From Ruminococcus sp. (lineage in GTDB: Bacteria > Bacillota > Clostridia > Oscillospirales > Ruminococcaceae), in contig JBJERF010000056.1 in the NCBI GenBank assembly GCA_051882115.1, positions 5,093-69,092 on the forward strand: a stretch of 64,000 bases of DNA, read 5' to 3'. Position 1 is the first letter of the stretch; each line of letters starts with the position of its first letter. The notes beneath the pieces are model-generated. The model saw only the letters and a list, made by a program, of their open reading frames with translations. It searched no databases and was not told the origin of the DNA. The translations under genes and the position numbers were made by a program. Shown here in pieces: positions 1-9,981 of this stretch.

Positions 1-206
1 TATGTATTTTCTGACAAGATAGTAATGGTGTGGTGTTGACAGCTTTTGATCAGTGCCATATCATTTTTATGCAGTGTATATTCTTCTTTATCCGTCACGA
101 TACGCAAACTGCCTTCTGTAAGATAAATCAATTCACATGAAGTATGAGAATGGCTGACATTGTATATTTCATTGCTGTAATATTTTGCGTGTTCTATGAT
201 TGCCAT
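1..206 (-). CDS. AraC-family regulator, N-terminal cupin part (runs off window start; not in ORF track)
   Basis: Manual translation MAIIEHAKYYSNEIYNVSHSHTSCELIYLTEGSLRIVTDKEEYTLHKNDMALIKSCQHHTITIL shows the HxHxxxE...H cupin pattern; AAGGAG RBS; divergent from the GH59 gene. Confidence 0.75.
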   Translation of the reverse strand, partial: MAIIEHAKYYSNEIYNVSHSHTSCELIYLTEGSLRIVTDKEEYTLHKNDMALIKSCQHHTITILSENT

Positions 207-364
207 ATATTCCGCTCCTTTCTGCTCATATTATAGCATACCTGTCTTGATTCAGCAACAGGTTTACAGCAGATTTTCTATTATTATGAGCAGGTTTTTT
301 ATTGTAATTTGTTTTGTATTTCAGTAGAATGAGTGTAGTATTTTATTGGAAAGGAATGAAGCCT

Positions 365-2923
365 ATGAAGTTTATAAAGATTGCAGCTGCGGCAATCGGC
401 ACAGTGATGCTTTCTTTCATGGCAGCAGGATGTGCAGAAAATAAAGAAGATTCTCGGAAGACAGAAGAGAATATTCCATCTGCATCCGTCAATCCTGATT
501 ATCAGGCAATTACAATTGACGGAAACACTGTCAATATGGATGATGGGACAGTATATCGGGGGTTGGGGGCAGTCAGTGCCAATAATTCCTCTCGGCTTCT
601 GCTGGATTATAAAGCAGAAAATCCCGATGCCTACTGGGAGCTCATGAAGCTGTTGTTTCAGCCGGATTATGGTGCCGGATTAACGCATGTTAAAATTGAG
701 TTCGGTACAGATGTCAACTCTTCTTCCGGAACAGAGCCGTCGATTATGCGTGCAGAAGATGAGCCAGCAGATGTTACGAGGGGAGCAGGTTTTCAGTTTG
801 CTGCGGATGCACTGTCCATCAATCCGGATATCACGGTGGATTTGCTTCGCTGGGGTGAGCCGAAATGGGTGACAGATGCCTTTGCAAATGGTCAGGAATC
901 AGGCTTTGAAGCACGGTATAAATGGTATAAGGCAGCTATCGATGGTGCTTATGATACGTATGGAATCAAATTTACCCATATCAGTGCCGATGGCAATGAA
1001 CCTGCCAAGGTGGATGCTGATTGGATCATTTATTTTGCAGACAGGTTGGAACATGAAGAAGAGGCACGATATGACTATGGAAAGATTCAGATCGTTGCTT
1101 CGGATGAAGTGGGCTCATGGAATATTGCCGATGCCATGATGGAAAATGAATTACTGAGAGATGCTGTTGACATTCTTGGGGAGCATTATAATACCCATGC
1201 CAGTGATGCAGCAAAAACATTAAACCGTGATTACGGTAAGGAAATCTGGTATACGGAGGGAATTTCGCCGGCTGTTGTTGCAAAGCTGGCGGTAACAAGC
1301 AGCGGCAGCGGTATTAATGGAACCAATGGTGCACTGGATGTTTGCAATCGTATCATCAATGGCTATTACAATGGCAGAATGACCATGTATGAATATCAGC
1401 CGGCAGTTGCTGCGTATTATTCCGGTGCGAAATTTTTCCCGAAATCGCTGATCAGTGCACAGAATCCATGGAGCGGCTATTATGAGGCAGACTGCGGTAT
1501 CTGGACATCTGCTCATTTCACACATTTTATGGAAGATGGCTGGCGTTTTGTAGATAGTGCCTGCTATGGGGATGGTGCAGAGAATCATTCTATTTCCGAT
1601 ACCACCAATAACTATATGACAGTTACAGATCCGGAAACCGGAGATTATTCCATTGTGATTTGCAACGACAGTGATGCTGCAAGAAATTATACCTTTACTC
1701 TGAAAAATATGGAGAAATCAGCCGTGCCAATATCCATCTGGGAAACGAGGGGTCCGGATGAGGGACAGGACTATGACACAAACTATTTTCAGAATATCGG
1801 AACATACCTACCTGTAAAAACTGAAAATGACTATGCCTACTCAATTGAAGTCAAGCCTTATTCCATTGTTACAGTCACAACTCTTGATAAAACAGCTGAT
1901 TCTTCTGTTTCCCAGTGCCATTACGAGAATACACCTTTGGATATAAATTACAGCGATGACTTTGAATATGAGGACAGTTTTCTTTCGTCCAGAGGAAATG
2001 CGCCACGTTATACCACAGATTACGGCGGAGCCTTTGAAGTTGCAGAAGTCAATGGAAATAAAGTGCTGATGCAGATAATCCATGCAGACAATAAGCCCAC
2101 TGACTGGCGTTTACGAGGTACACCCAATCCTATCACATCTCTTGGAGATGACCGTTGGAGTAACTACTCCGCTGAGATTGATTTTCAGTTTGCAGATGCT
2201 TCACAGGAAAATTATGTTTCCTTTGGCGTCCGGTATCTGACGGCGGAGCTGGACGCAGGAACTGCTCAGAATGGCTATTCCATTCAGATTTATCCCAACG
2301 GCACATGGGCACTCTATGAAAATGCGCAAGTGATTGCAAACGGAACCATGAAGGGTTTTGACAGCAGTACATGGCATACGATTCGGGTCACTGCTGCGGG
2401 GCAAACCATATCTGCCTTTGTGGATGGCGCAGAGCTGACTGTTTACGAAGATACAGCAGGATATGCCCATTCGGGAAGAATTTCCATTGGCAGCGGACTT
2501 TATAACAATTTGTTTGACAATCTGAAAGTAACACCAGTGGATGATATGCCAGCTTCTGTCACAAGACTGGACGACCATGACAATGCAATCACATATACAG
2601 GTGATTGGTACAGAACGGTGCCTGAGGGATATATTCATTTTAACCGCACCATTTCCCGTGCAGAAGCATCCGAAAGCAGTACGGAAGAAAAAAGCTTTAT
2701 GTTTCAATTTACCGGAGCACATTTCGCATTAATCGGCGAAACTGCTCCCGCAACATTGGAAGTTTATGCAGATGGAGAATTCCTGGAAACTGTAGAGATT
2801 ACACAAGGAACGAGACCAAGACAATGTAGTTATGCTGGTGATTTACCTGACGGTAAACATTCTGTAACAATAAAAGTGATCGGCGGCACTTTTACATTGG
2901 ATGCCATTGAGCATTCTTCTTAA
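365..2923 (+). CDS. GH59 (galactosylceramidase/beta-galactosidase-like) lipoprotein with C-terminal beta-sandwich domains
   Basis: GLGAVSANNSSRLLLDY, KIEFGTDVNSSSGTEPS, NEP acid/base and WYTE nucleophile motifs; lipobox MAAGC; start moved to the ATG behind AAGGA. Confidence 0.8.
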   Translation: MKFIKIAAAAIGTVMLSFMAAGCAENKEDSRKTEENIPSASVNPDYQAITIDGNTVNMDDGTVYRGLGAVSANNSSRLLLDYKAENPDAYWELMKLLFQPDYGAGLTHVKIEFGTDVNSSSGTEPSIMRAEDEPADVTRGAGFQFAADALSINPDITVDLLRWGEPKWVTDAFANGQESGFEARYKWYKAAIDGAYDTYGIKFTHISADGNEPAKVDADWIIYFADRLEHEEEARYDYGKIQIVASDEVGSWNIADAMMENELLRDAVDILGEHYNTHASDAAKTLNRDYGKEIWYTEGISPAVVAKLAVTSSGSGINGTNGALDVCNRIINGYYNGRMTMYEYQPAVAAYYSGAKFFPKSLISAQNPWSGYYEADCGIWTSAHFTHFMEDGWRFVDSACYGDGAENHSISDTTNNYMTVTDPETGDYSIVICNDSDAARNYTFTLKNMEKSAVPISIWETRGPDEGQDYDTNYFQNIGTYLPVKTENDYAYSIEVKPYSIVTVTTLDKTADSSVSQCHYENTPLDINYSDDFEYEDSFLSSRGNAPRYTTDYGGAFEVAEVNGNKVLMQIIHADNKPTDWRLRGTPNPITSLGDDRWSNYSAEIDFQFADASQENYVSFGVRYLTAELDAGTAQNGYSIQIYPNGTWALYENAQVIANGTMKGFDSSTWHTIRVTAAGQTISAFVDGAELTVYEDTAGYAHSGRISIGSGLYNNLFDNLKVTPVDDMPASVTRLDDHDNAITYTGDWYRTVPEGYIHFNRTISRAEASESSTEEKSFMFQFTGAHFALIGETAPATLEVYADGEFLETVEITQGTRPRQCSYAGDLPDGKHSVTIKVIGGTFTLDAIEHSS

Positions 2924-2963
2924 GACAACACCGCATAATCTCCACCTACAGTACCATGCAAAT

Positions 2964-2995
2964 AAAACCACTCAGTATTTTTGCTGGGTGGTTTT
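2964..2995 (+). terminator. Intrinsic terminator after GH59
   Basis: AAAACCACTCAG-loop-CTGGGTGGTTTT. Confidence 0.7.
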
Positions 2996-2999
2996 GTTT

Positions 3000-3140
3000 A
3001 TAGCCTGTTTCGTATCTTGACGTGCGCAGATTTTCAAGGGAATTTTCGCTGGTTATCTGGCAAAAAGTCCGCAGGCAGGCTGTCGTCTGGCAAGGATTTT
3101 TCACACAGAAAGCAATGCCGTAAAGAAAATTTTCATGACA
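3000..3140. repeat. Degenerate nested-hairpin (MITE-like) element
   Basis: Nested arms ATTTTC..AAAAAGTCC..GGATTTTT..GAAAAT in non-coding DNA; single copy in window. Confidence 0.3.
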
Positions 3141-3252
3141 AGCAGTTCTGCTGCATGCTTGGTTTCTCTTATTTTGATAAAATCTTGTTCTTCTGCTTTC
3201 ATTCATGATTTGTTTGCTCATTGAAATACCGTGAATTTCATGGAATTATCAC

Positions 3253-3281
3253 TTGCAATTTTGTGCAGTATGCTGTATAAT
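3253..3281 (+). promoter_or_regulatory. Sigma-A promoter of proC
   Basis: TTGCAA-17-TATAAT. Confidence 0.65.
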
Positions 3282-3317
3282 GAGAGTATCAATTCTTTTA
3301 GGAAATGAGGGTTCACT

Positions 3318-4127
3318 TTGGAAAATCAAATGAAGATTGGATTCATCGGTGCCGGTAACATGGGTACTGCTATTTTAAAAGGCATTGCAGGAAGCCCCAT
3401 GGCGCAGAAAACGCAGCTGTATGTCTATGATTGTCTTTTGGAAAAGGCGCAGCAGCTGAAGGAATATGGTGTTCAGGTGTGCACCAGTGCGGCAGAAGTT
3501 GCAAAAACTTGCAAGTTTGTATTCTTGGCAATTAAGCCTCAGCAATTTGGCTCGCTTCTGCCGGAGCTGCGTCCGGTAATTACAGAGGATACGGTCATTG
3601 TATCCATTGCAGCCGGAATTACAGCTGAGTACATACGTTCGGAAACCATTCCTAACGCAAAGGTAGTACTGGTTATGCCGAACACACCGCTGCTTCTGGG
3701 GGTAGGAGCAACAGCACTTGCCTGCTGTCCGCCTGCTACAGAAGAGGAATTTTCCGTTGTACGGCAGATTTTTGATGCCTGTGGTGTGACCGCTGTGGTG
3801 AAGCCCAATCAGATGAAGGAAATCATCGCCATTAACGGAAGCAGTCCGGCGTTTATTTACTTGTTTGCAAAGGGCTTTATGGACTATGCAAAACAGGTGG
3901 GCATTTCTGAATCTGTTGCACTGCCTTTGTTTGCCCAGTCTTTGACGGGTGCTGCAAAAATGCTGACGGATTCCGGTATGACCATGGAGGAGTTGATTCG
4001 TATGGTATCCTCTCCGGGCGGAACAACTCTTGCCGGTCTGGATGCACTTTACGAAGGGAAGCTGACAGAGATTGTGGGAGATGCCTGTAACCGCTGCACG
4101 AAGCGTGCTTATGAGCTGTCTAAATAA
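3318..4127 (+). CDS. proC: Pyrroline-5-carboxylate reductase
   Basis: IGFIGAGNMG, LAIKPQ, VMPNTP, SSPGGTT motifs. Confidence 0.95.
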   Translation: MENQMKIGFIGAGNMGTAILKGIAGSPMAQKTQLYVYDCLLEKAQQLKEYGVQVCTSAAEVAKTCKFVFLAIKPQQFGSLLPELRPVITEDTVIVSIAAGITAEYIRSETIPNAKVVLVMPNTPLLLGVGATALACCPPATEEEFSVVRQIFDACGVTAVVKPNQMKEIIAINGSSPAFIYLFAKGFMDYAKQVGISESVALPLFAQSLTGAAKMLTDSGMTMEELIRMVSSPGGTTLAGLDALYEGKLTEIVGDACNRCTKRAYELSK

Positions 4128-4132
4128 CAGCT

Positions 4133-4160
4133 TCTAAACATTCCCTTTTCTGCATATGCT
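4133..4160 (+). promoter_or_regulatory. Sigma-E-type sporulation promoter
   Basis: TCTAAA...CATATGCT resembles the B. subtilis sigma-E consensus; precedes a SpoIIM-like gene. Confidence 0.5.
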
Positions 4161-4196
4161 GTACAGAAAGCCATGTAGAAAGAAAGGGGAATTTTC

Positions 4197-4793
4197 ATGA
4201 ACAGGATGAACATCAGAATCTGGCTGACTGCCTCCCAGCGCAGAGCCTTGGGTATTTTTTGTTATATGGTGCTGCTGATTGCAGGTTGTGCAGCCGGTAC
4301 CATTTGTCGGATGACGGATGCTTTTGCGCCGCTTTGCCGGTTTTGTATCCGGTATGGGATTCCTTGTCTCAGCAATATGGACGGCAGCCTGTTTCTGGCA
4401 TCTATGCGCTGGAACGGATGCATTCTGCTGATGAGCTTTTGTCTGGGATTTTGTGCCATCGGACAGCCTTTTCTCTGCACATTGCTTGTGCTGCATGGAT
4501 TCGGGCTGGGCTGTCTGCTGACGGGTCTGATGGATGCAGCTTCAGTCCGGACGCTTTTGTTTCCATATATTCTTGCGGCTATATACGGGATGGCTGTGTC
4601 ATTTCTTTTGCTGTTGGGCGTGCGGGAATCTATGCGCCTTTCTTGTGTGTATCTGAAAATCTGCACACAAAGTGCAGATGCACAGGAAATGTGCCGGCGG
4701 CTTCGGATGTATGCTGTGCGCTTTGTTGTGTTGCTGCTGTTGATTCTTTCCGTAAGCGGTCTTTATGCACTTTTCTATGGTGTTTTATTCTGA
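4197..4793 (+). CDS. SpoIIM-like membrane protein
   Basis: About 200 aa, several TM segments, GFCAIGQP...GFGLG pattern, upstream sigma-E-like promoter. Confidence 0.6.
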   Translation: MNRMNIRIWLTASQRRALGIFCYMVLLIAGCAAGTICRMTDAFAPLCRFCIRYGIPCLSNMDGSLFLASMRWNGCILLMSFCLGFCAIGQPFLCTLLVLHGFGLGCLLTGLMDAASVRTLLFPYILAAIYGMAVSFLLLLGVRESMRLSCVYLKICTQSADAQEMCRRLRMYAVRFVVLLLLILSVSGLYALFYGVLF

Positions 4794-4872
4794 ATGATTG
4801 GATATGTATAGAATATAGTACAGTTTCCTGTTGATACCGGCGCAAACTGTTACAGAAAGGAATTTATAAAAA

Positions 4873-5868
4873 ATGGGTCTGTTCGGACAGAATTATGAAA
4901 ATGCGGGTGCGGGCATTGCCAAAAACGCACCCAAAAAGAAGGGCTTTTTCCGTTTTATGGAGATATTCGGCAGAAAGTTCTGGAAAATGTTTGGTTTAAA
5001 TCTGCTGTATTTTCTGTTTTACATCCCTCTTGCAGCGGCAATTGTCATTCTTTTTCTTTCTTTGGGGGGGACATTGTACGGCGGAACGCCTACCAAAATC
5101 ATCATTGCAGCATTGCTGATTCTCTTTGCAGTGCTCATCGGGCCGGCAACAGCAGGACATACGAAGATCCTGCGGAACTATGTTTTGGAAAAGCCGGCAT
5201 TTATGGTGCATGATTTTTTCAAGACCTTTCGCTCTGAGTTCCGATCTTCCTGTATTGTGGGACTGTTTGACTGTGCCGTGATCTGCTGCGTAGCAGCGGC
5301 ACTGTATGTTTATCCCCAGTTGATTGAACAGACAGGAAATTATGTTTTTTACTTTTTCTTTGCCATTACCCTGAGTGTGGGACTGGTTGTGCTCATGATG
5401 AATTTCTATATGTTCCTGCTCATTATTTCCACAACCCTTTCTTTGAAAAATGTTTTCAAGAATTCGCTTTCTCTTGCCATTGTTGCCTTGAAGAAAAATG
5501 TAATTACGCTGCTGATTCTGACAGCGTTTGCGGCTGTATTTGTTTTGCTGATTCTGTATACAGATCTGCAAATTTCCTTTGTTGCCATTTCTCTGCTTCC
5601 GTTTTTACCGGCATCCTGGATCGGTCTGGTTATCTGTTTTAACAGTTATCCGGTGATTCAGAAGTATATTATCAATCCCTATTATGAGCAGCGAGGCGAA
5701 ATCAATCCGGAACTGATGGGTGAGATGGAAGTGGAACCGGATCCGGAAGAGACATTATTTGAGGATATGGGCGGTAAGGAGACACCCATTGTCAAGAAAA
5801 AGGGTGACAAAGCCAAAAATGGCAGCAGCAAAAAGACTGCCCATCACAAGGGAAAGATTATTTCCTGA
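4873..5868 (+). CDS. DUF624/YesL-like membrane protein
   Basis: IGPATAG...DFFKTFRSEF pattern, multiple TM helices. Confidence 0.7.
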   Translation: MGLFGQNYENAGAGIAKNAPKKKGFFRFMEIFGRKFWKMFGLNLLYFLFYIPLAAAIVILFLSLGGTLYGGTPTKIIIAALLILFAVLIGPATAGHTKILRNYVLEKPAFMVHDFFKTFRSEFRSSCIVGLFDCAVICCVAAALYVYPQLIEQTGNYVFYFFFAITLSVGLVVLMMNFYMFLLIISTTLSLKNVFKNSLSLAIVALKKNVITLLILTAFAAVFVLLILYTDLQISFVAISLLPFLPASWIGLVICFNSYPVIQKYIINPYYEQRGEINPELMGEMEVEPDPEETLFEDMGGKETPIVKKKGDKAKNGSSKKTAHHKGKIIS

Positions 5869-5897
5869 CCGTTTTGTAAAGTTCACAAAATTGTAAC

Positions 5898-5926
5898 TTT
5901 ACAAATGGAGAAATCTGTGGTATAAT
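5898..5926 (+). promoter_or_regulatory. Sigma-A promoter of rpsO
   Basis: TTTACA-17-TATAAT with extended TG. Confidence 0.7.
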
Positions 5927-5933
5927 AAACAGG

Positions 5934-5999
5934 TCATGTACTTGGATTCGGGATTTAGCCGGAAACCGGAGCATCACCTGCCCGATTCTATGTTCATGA
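5934..5999 (+). ncRNA. Putative S15 ribosomal-protein leader
   Basis: TCATG..GGATTCGGG pairs with CCCGATTC..CATGA around a CCGG-AAA-CCGG hairpin, between promoter and rpsO. Confidence 0.65.
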
Positions 6000-6026
6000 T
6001 GAAATTTTCAATGAGGTGAATTTATT

Positions 6027-6293
6027 ATGATGCTGAAAGAAGAAAAGACAAGTGTAATTGAGCAGAATCGTCTGCATGAAACCGACACAGGTTCTCCTGA
6101 GGTACAGGTTGCCATCCTGACCAAGAGAATCAATGACCTGACGGAACACCTGAAGACCCACAAGAAGGATCATCACTCCAGAAGAGGTCTGCTGAAGATG
6201 GTTGGTCACAGAAGAAATCTGCTGGCTTACATGAAGAAGAAGGATGTTAACCGCTATCGTGCATGCATCGAAAAGCTGGGCATCCGTAAGTAA
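6027..6293 (+). CDS. rpsO: 30S ribosomal protein S15
   Basis: [13 protein letters not shown]...[16 protein letters not shown]. Confidence 0.98.
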   Translation: MMLKEEKTSVIEQNRLHETDTGSPEVQVAILTKRINDLTEHLKTHKKDHHSRRGLLKMVGHRRNLLAYMKKKDVNRYRACIEKLGIRK

Positions 6294-6312
6294 TTTACGA
6301 ACAAATACGATA

Positions 6313-6340
6313 AAAGGCAGATGGGAATCCCTCTGCCTTT
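6313..6340 (+). terminator. rpsO terminator hairpin
   Basis: AAAGGCAGA-loop-TCTGCCTTT. Confidence 0.65.
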
Positions 6341-6357
6341 CCGTGTTTGCATCCGTG

Positions 6358-6434
6358 TGCAGCGGCGGAGCATTAGCATAGAACCGTACATCTCAGAGAG
6401 GGGATGCAGGGTTTTCTGCTAATCTGTCGCTGTA
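6358..6434 (+). promoter_or_regulatory. Long hairpin in pnp 5' leader (candidate RNase III site)
   Basis: TGCAGCGGCGGA/TCTGTCGCTGTA, TTAGCA/TGCTAA and CATCTC/GGGATG form one interrupted stem. Confidence 0.6.
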
Positions 6435-6471
6435 TCGAACCTTGTATAAAAAGAAGAAAGGAATATGATTC

Positions 6472-8589
6472 ATGTTTGAGAATTACAGAAAGTTTGAAAC
6501 GACCTTTGCCGGACGTCCGGTGGTTGTAGAAACAGGCAAAACCTGTGAGCTGTCCAATGGCTCCTGTTGGGTGCGTTACGGCGAAACCGTTGTTATGGCA
6601 AATGTAACGGCAAGTCCAAAGCCGAGAGAAGGCGTAGACTTTTTCCCGCTGTCTGTAGATTATGAAGAGCGTATGTATGCGGTGGGCCGTATTCCCGGTT
6701 CCTTTACGAAAAGAGAAGGAAAGCCCTCTGAGAAGGCCATTCTGACTTCCCGTATGGTAGACCGTCCCATTCGTCCGCTTTTTCCGAAGGATATGCGCAA
6801 TGATGTATCTGTTGTTATGACCGTTCTGGCAGTGGATCCGGACTGCTCACCGGAGATTACCGGTATGCTGGCAACTTCCATCGCCATTTCCATTTCTGAT
6901 ATTCCGTGGAACGGCCCCATTGCCGGTATCAGTGTAGGTCTGGTTGATGGTCAGATTGTACTGAATCCTACCTTGGAACAGCGTGCAAACAATGATTTGC
7001 AGCTGACGGTTGCCGGTTCTATGGAAAAGATTGTTATGATTGAAGCCGGTGCAAATGAAGTTCCCGATGATCTGATGCTGGAAGCAATTCTGACAGGTCA
7101 TGAGGAAATCAAGAAGATGGTTGCCTTCATCAATGAAATCCGTGCAGAAATCGGCAAGCCGAAGTTTGAATTCCAGTCTATGGATGTTGACCATGATCTG
7201 TTTGATGCCATCGAAGCAGAGTATGCAGAGCAGGTAAAGTATGCACTGGATACCAATGACAAAAATGAAAGAGATGCCCGTTTGCAGCCGATTATCGATG
7301 CAGTGCATGTCAGATTTGATGAAGCTTATCCGGAACAGATTCCGATGATTGATGAGTGCCTGTATAAGCTCCAGAAGAAGATTGTCCGCAATTGGCTGTA
7401 TGAGGGCAAGCGTGTGGACGGCCGTGGCATTGATGAAATTCGTCCGCTGGCGGCTGAGGTGGGTCTTCTGCCGAGAGTACATGGTTCCGGTCTGTTTACA
7501 AGAGGTCAGACACAGGTACTGACCATTGCAACATTGGGACCCATCAGCGAAAGCCAGAAGCTGGATGGTCTGGATGAAGAAACTACCAAGCGTTATATGC
7601 ACCAGTACAACTTCCCGTCTTATTCTGTTGGAGAAACCAAGCCCAGCAGAGGTCCGGGACGCCGTGAAATCGGTCATGGTGCACTGGCAGAACGTGCATT
7701 GGTTCCTGTATTGCCGTCTGTTGAAGAATTCCCTTATGCGATGCGTCTGGTTTCTGAGGTGCTTTCCTCCAACGGTTCTACCTCTCAGGGTTCTATCTGT
7801 GGCTCTACACTGGCTCTGATGGATGCAGGCGTTCCCTTAAAGGCACCGGTTGCAGGTATTTCCTGCGGTCTGATTACTATGCCGGACAGCGATGAGTTCA
7901 TGACCATGGTGGACATTCAGGGACTTGAGGACTTTTTCGGTGATATGGACTTTAAGGTAGGCGGTACACATAAGGGTATCACTGCCATTCAGGTTGATAT
8001 TAAGGTAGACGGTCTGACCCCTGCAATCATCAAGGAAGCATTTGAAAAGACCAGAAAGGCACGTCTGTATATTCTGGATGAGATTATACTCAAGGCAATT
8101 CCGGAGCCTCGTGAAACAGTAAACCAGTATGCACCGAAGATGTTCCAGACGAAAATTCCGGTGGACAAGATTCGTGAAGTTATCGGTCAGGGCGGCAAGG
8201 TCATTCAGAAGATTTCTGCGGAGTGTGATGTAAAGATTGACATCAATGAGGATGGCAGTGTATTCATCAGCGGTATGAATCTGGAAGGCTGTCAGAATGC
8301 GCTTCAGATTATTCACACCATTGCCCATGATCCGGAGGTAGGTGCACTGTACCGTGGTAAGGTCGTTTCTATTAAGCAGTTCGGTGCATTTGTGGAAATT
8401 GCACCGGGTAAGGATGGTCTGGTGCATGTATCCAAGCTGGACAAGCAGCGTGTGGAGAATGTAGAGGATGTTGTATCTGTCGGCGATGAGATCATCGTAA
8501 AGGTGATGGAAATTAAAGATGGCAAGATCAGCCTGTCCCGCAAGGACGCACTGCTGGAGCTGGAGCAGCGTAAGGCTGAAAATCAGTAA
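6472..8589 (+). CDS. pnp: Polyribonucleotide nucleotidyltransferase (PNPase)
   Basis: FFPLSVDYEE, RREIGHG, SNGSTS, GDMDFKV motifs; KH and S1 domains. Confidence 0.98.
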   Translation: MFENYRKFETTFAGRPVVVETGKTCELSNGSCWVRYGETVVMANVTASPKPREGVDFFPLSVDYEERMYAVGRIPGSFTKREGKPSEKAILTSRMVDRPIRPLFPKDMRNDVSVVMTVLAVDPDCSPEITGMLATSIAISISDIPWNGPIAGISVGLVDGQIVLNPTLEQRANNDLQLTVAGSMEKIVMIEAGANEVPDDLMLEAILTGHEEIKKMVAFINEIRAEIGKPKFEFQSMDVDHDLFDAIEAEYAEQVKYALDTNDKNERDARLQPIIDAVHVRFDEAYPEQIPMIDECLYKLQKKIVRNWLYEGKRVDGRGIDEIRPLAAEVGLLPRVHGSGLFTRGQTQVLTIATLGPISESQKLDGLDEETTKRYMHQYNFPSYSVGETKPSRGPGRREIGHGALAERALVPVLPSVEEFPYAMRLVSEVLSSNGSTSQGSICGSTLALMDAGVPLKAPVAGISCGLITMPDSDEFMTMVDIQGLEDFFGDMDFKVGGTHKGITAIQVDIKVDGLTPAIIKEAFEKTRKARLYILDEIILKAIPEPRETVNQYAPKMFQTKIPVDKIREVIGQGGKVIQKISAECDVKIDINEDGSVFISGMNLEGCQNALQIIHTIAHDPEVGALYRGKVVSIKQFGAFVEIAPGKDGLVHVSKLDKQRVENVEDVVSVGDEIIVKVMEIKDGKISLSRKDALLELEQRKAENQ

Positions 8590-8606
8590 ACTTATATAAA
8601 TCAAAG

Positions 8607-8641
8607 AGGCTGTTGCACCGATGTGGTTGCAGCAGCCTTTT
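8607..8641 (+). terminator. pnp terminator
   Basis: AGGCTGTTGCA-loop-TGCAGCAGCCT followed by T run. Confidence 0.75.
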
Positions 8642-8651
8642 ATTATAAAAG

Positions 8652-8728
8652 TTTTCGGTCAAGCCTTTCTCAAAAGGCTTGCAGGGTCCAGGGACAGCGT
8701 CCCTGGTCGCCGTCCGCAGACGGTGAAA
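8652..8728 (+). repeat. Three-hairpin intergenic repeat, copy 1
   Basis: Core CAGGGTCCAGGGACAGCGTCCCTGGTCGCCGTCCGCAGACGG identical in the copies near 26.2 kb and 56.85 kb. Confidence 0.9.
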
Positions 8729-8842
8729 CACCCCATGCTAAACAAATGCACGAACTGAAAAAGGTGAGAAACAGCCGATTTCACGATAGAGCAAGAGCAG
8801 AACGAAAAAATGTGCAATATATCTATTCTTTTACAGAATATA

Positions 8843-8871
8843 TTGACAAATACTATAGATTATGATATAAT
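8843..8871 (+). promoter_or_regulatory. Consensus sigma-A promoter
   Basis: TTGACA-17-TATAAT. Confidence 0.8.
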
Positions 8872-8941
8872 TTTTATAGAAAATAGCAGCTTCAGTATAG
8901 AATCAGAAAACAAAGTAATTTTATTCAAAGGAGGAATCGCA

Positions 8942-9973
8942 ATGAAAAAGCCAACAAAGCTTTGTGCAGCCATTCTTGCCGGTACATTGCTTCTGAATAG
9001 CTCTGCTGTTGTACATGCCGATGCATCTTTTTCAGTCGATATCACGCAATTCATATTGAACAATCTGGAAGCTGTTGATGATCCATATGGTATGTGTGAA
9101 CATACACTGTCTTCCAATAAGAGTGCTTATAAGATTTTTCGATATACAGATGTGGATTTTGTAAATTTTGCCGTTGTATATGATCCGAAATACAACTTTA
9201 CAGAAATACAGCTGTCTGATCCGGAAAAGTTCGATGCAGTTTATGAAAAATACAAGGATGAATTGGACTTTGACCAATGTGAAATAGAGGAGCAGGACGG
9301 CATAACCTATGTGCAGCTGTATGATTGGTATGATGAAAGCGGAAACAGGACTTTTGATGCATCTGATTTTTCCGTAAAGCTGGATGCTGTGCAGGTGATG
9401 TGTGACGAGCTGAAAGCAGAAACAGAAATTGCAGATGCAACGTATACCTATTGTATAGCGGACGGTTGTGGCGGTTTTTGGGATGGTGAGATTGACCTTG
9501 GAAAAACATTGACACTGGAAGCAGAGGGACTCAAGGAAATTGCAGAAAAATACAATGCTGAATGCTCCGATGATGATCCCTGTACGCTGTTGATGGATCG
9601 TACAGCCTTTGATGCTGCACTTTCTTTGACAGATGAAATCCGGACTTTATATCCGGACAGCGGCGTGATGCCGATATGCCTGATCAATGAAGGCGGTTAT
9701 GTTCAGGTAAAAACCCCCACCATTGACTTGATAACGGGTACGATTGTGGATGTGTTGGAATATCCTGTGGGGGATACAGACAGAAACGGTATGGTAGATC
9801 TTACCGATGCCGCTTTGATTCTGCGTGTTTATGCAATGAATGCCAGCTTCCCCGACTCTGCTTACTACAAGGAATATTTTGATGTCAATCAGGATGGTGT
9901 CATTGATCTTTCCGATGCAGCGGAAGTGCTGAATATTTATTCCGCTTCAGCTGCCGGTATAGAAACATCATGA
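8942..9973 (+). CDS. Secreted protein of unknown function with C-terminal dockerin
   Basis: Signal peptide MKKPTKLCAAILAG...VHA; GDTDRNGMVDLTDA...DVNQDGVIDLSDA; AAGGAGG RBS fixes the start. Confidence 0.8.
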   Translation: MKKPTKLCAAILAGTLLLNSSAVVHADASFSVDITQFILNNLEAVDDPYGMCEHTLSSNKSAYKIFRYTDVDFVNFAVVYDPKYNFTEIQLSDPEKFDAVYEKYKDELDFDQCEIEEQDGITYVQLYDWYDESGNRTFDASDFSVKLDAVQVMCDELKAETEIADATYTYCIADGCGGFWDGEIDLGKTLTLEAEGLKEIAEKYNAECSDDDPCTLLMDRTAFDAALSLTDEIRTLYPDSGVMPICLINEGGYVQVKTPTIDLITGTIVDVLEYPVGDTDRNGMVDLTDAALILRVYAMNASFPDSAYYKEYFDVNQDGVIDLSDAAEVLNIYSASAAGIETS

Positions 9974-9981
9974 TGAAAATG

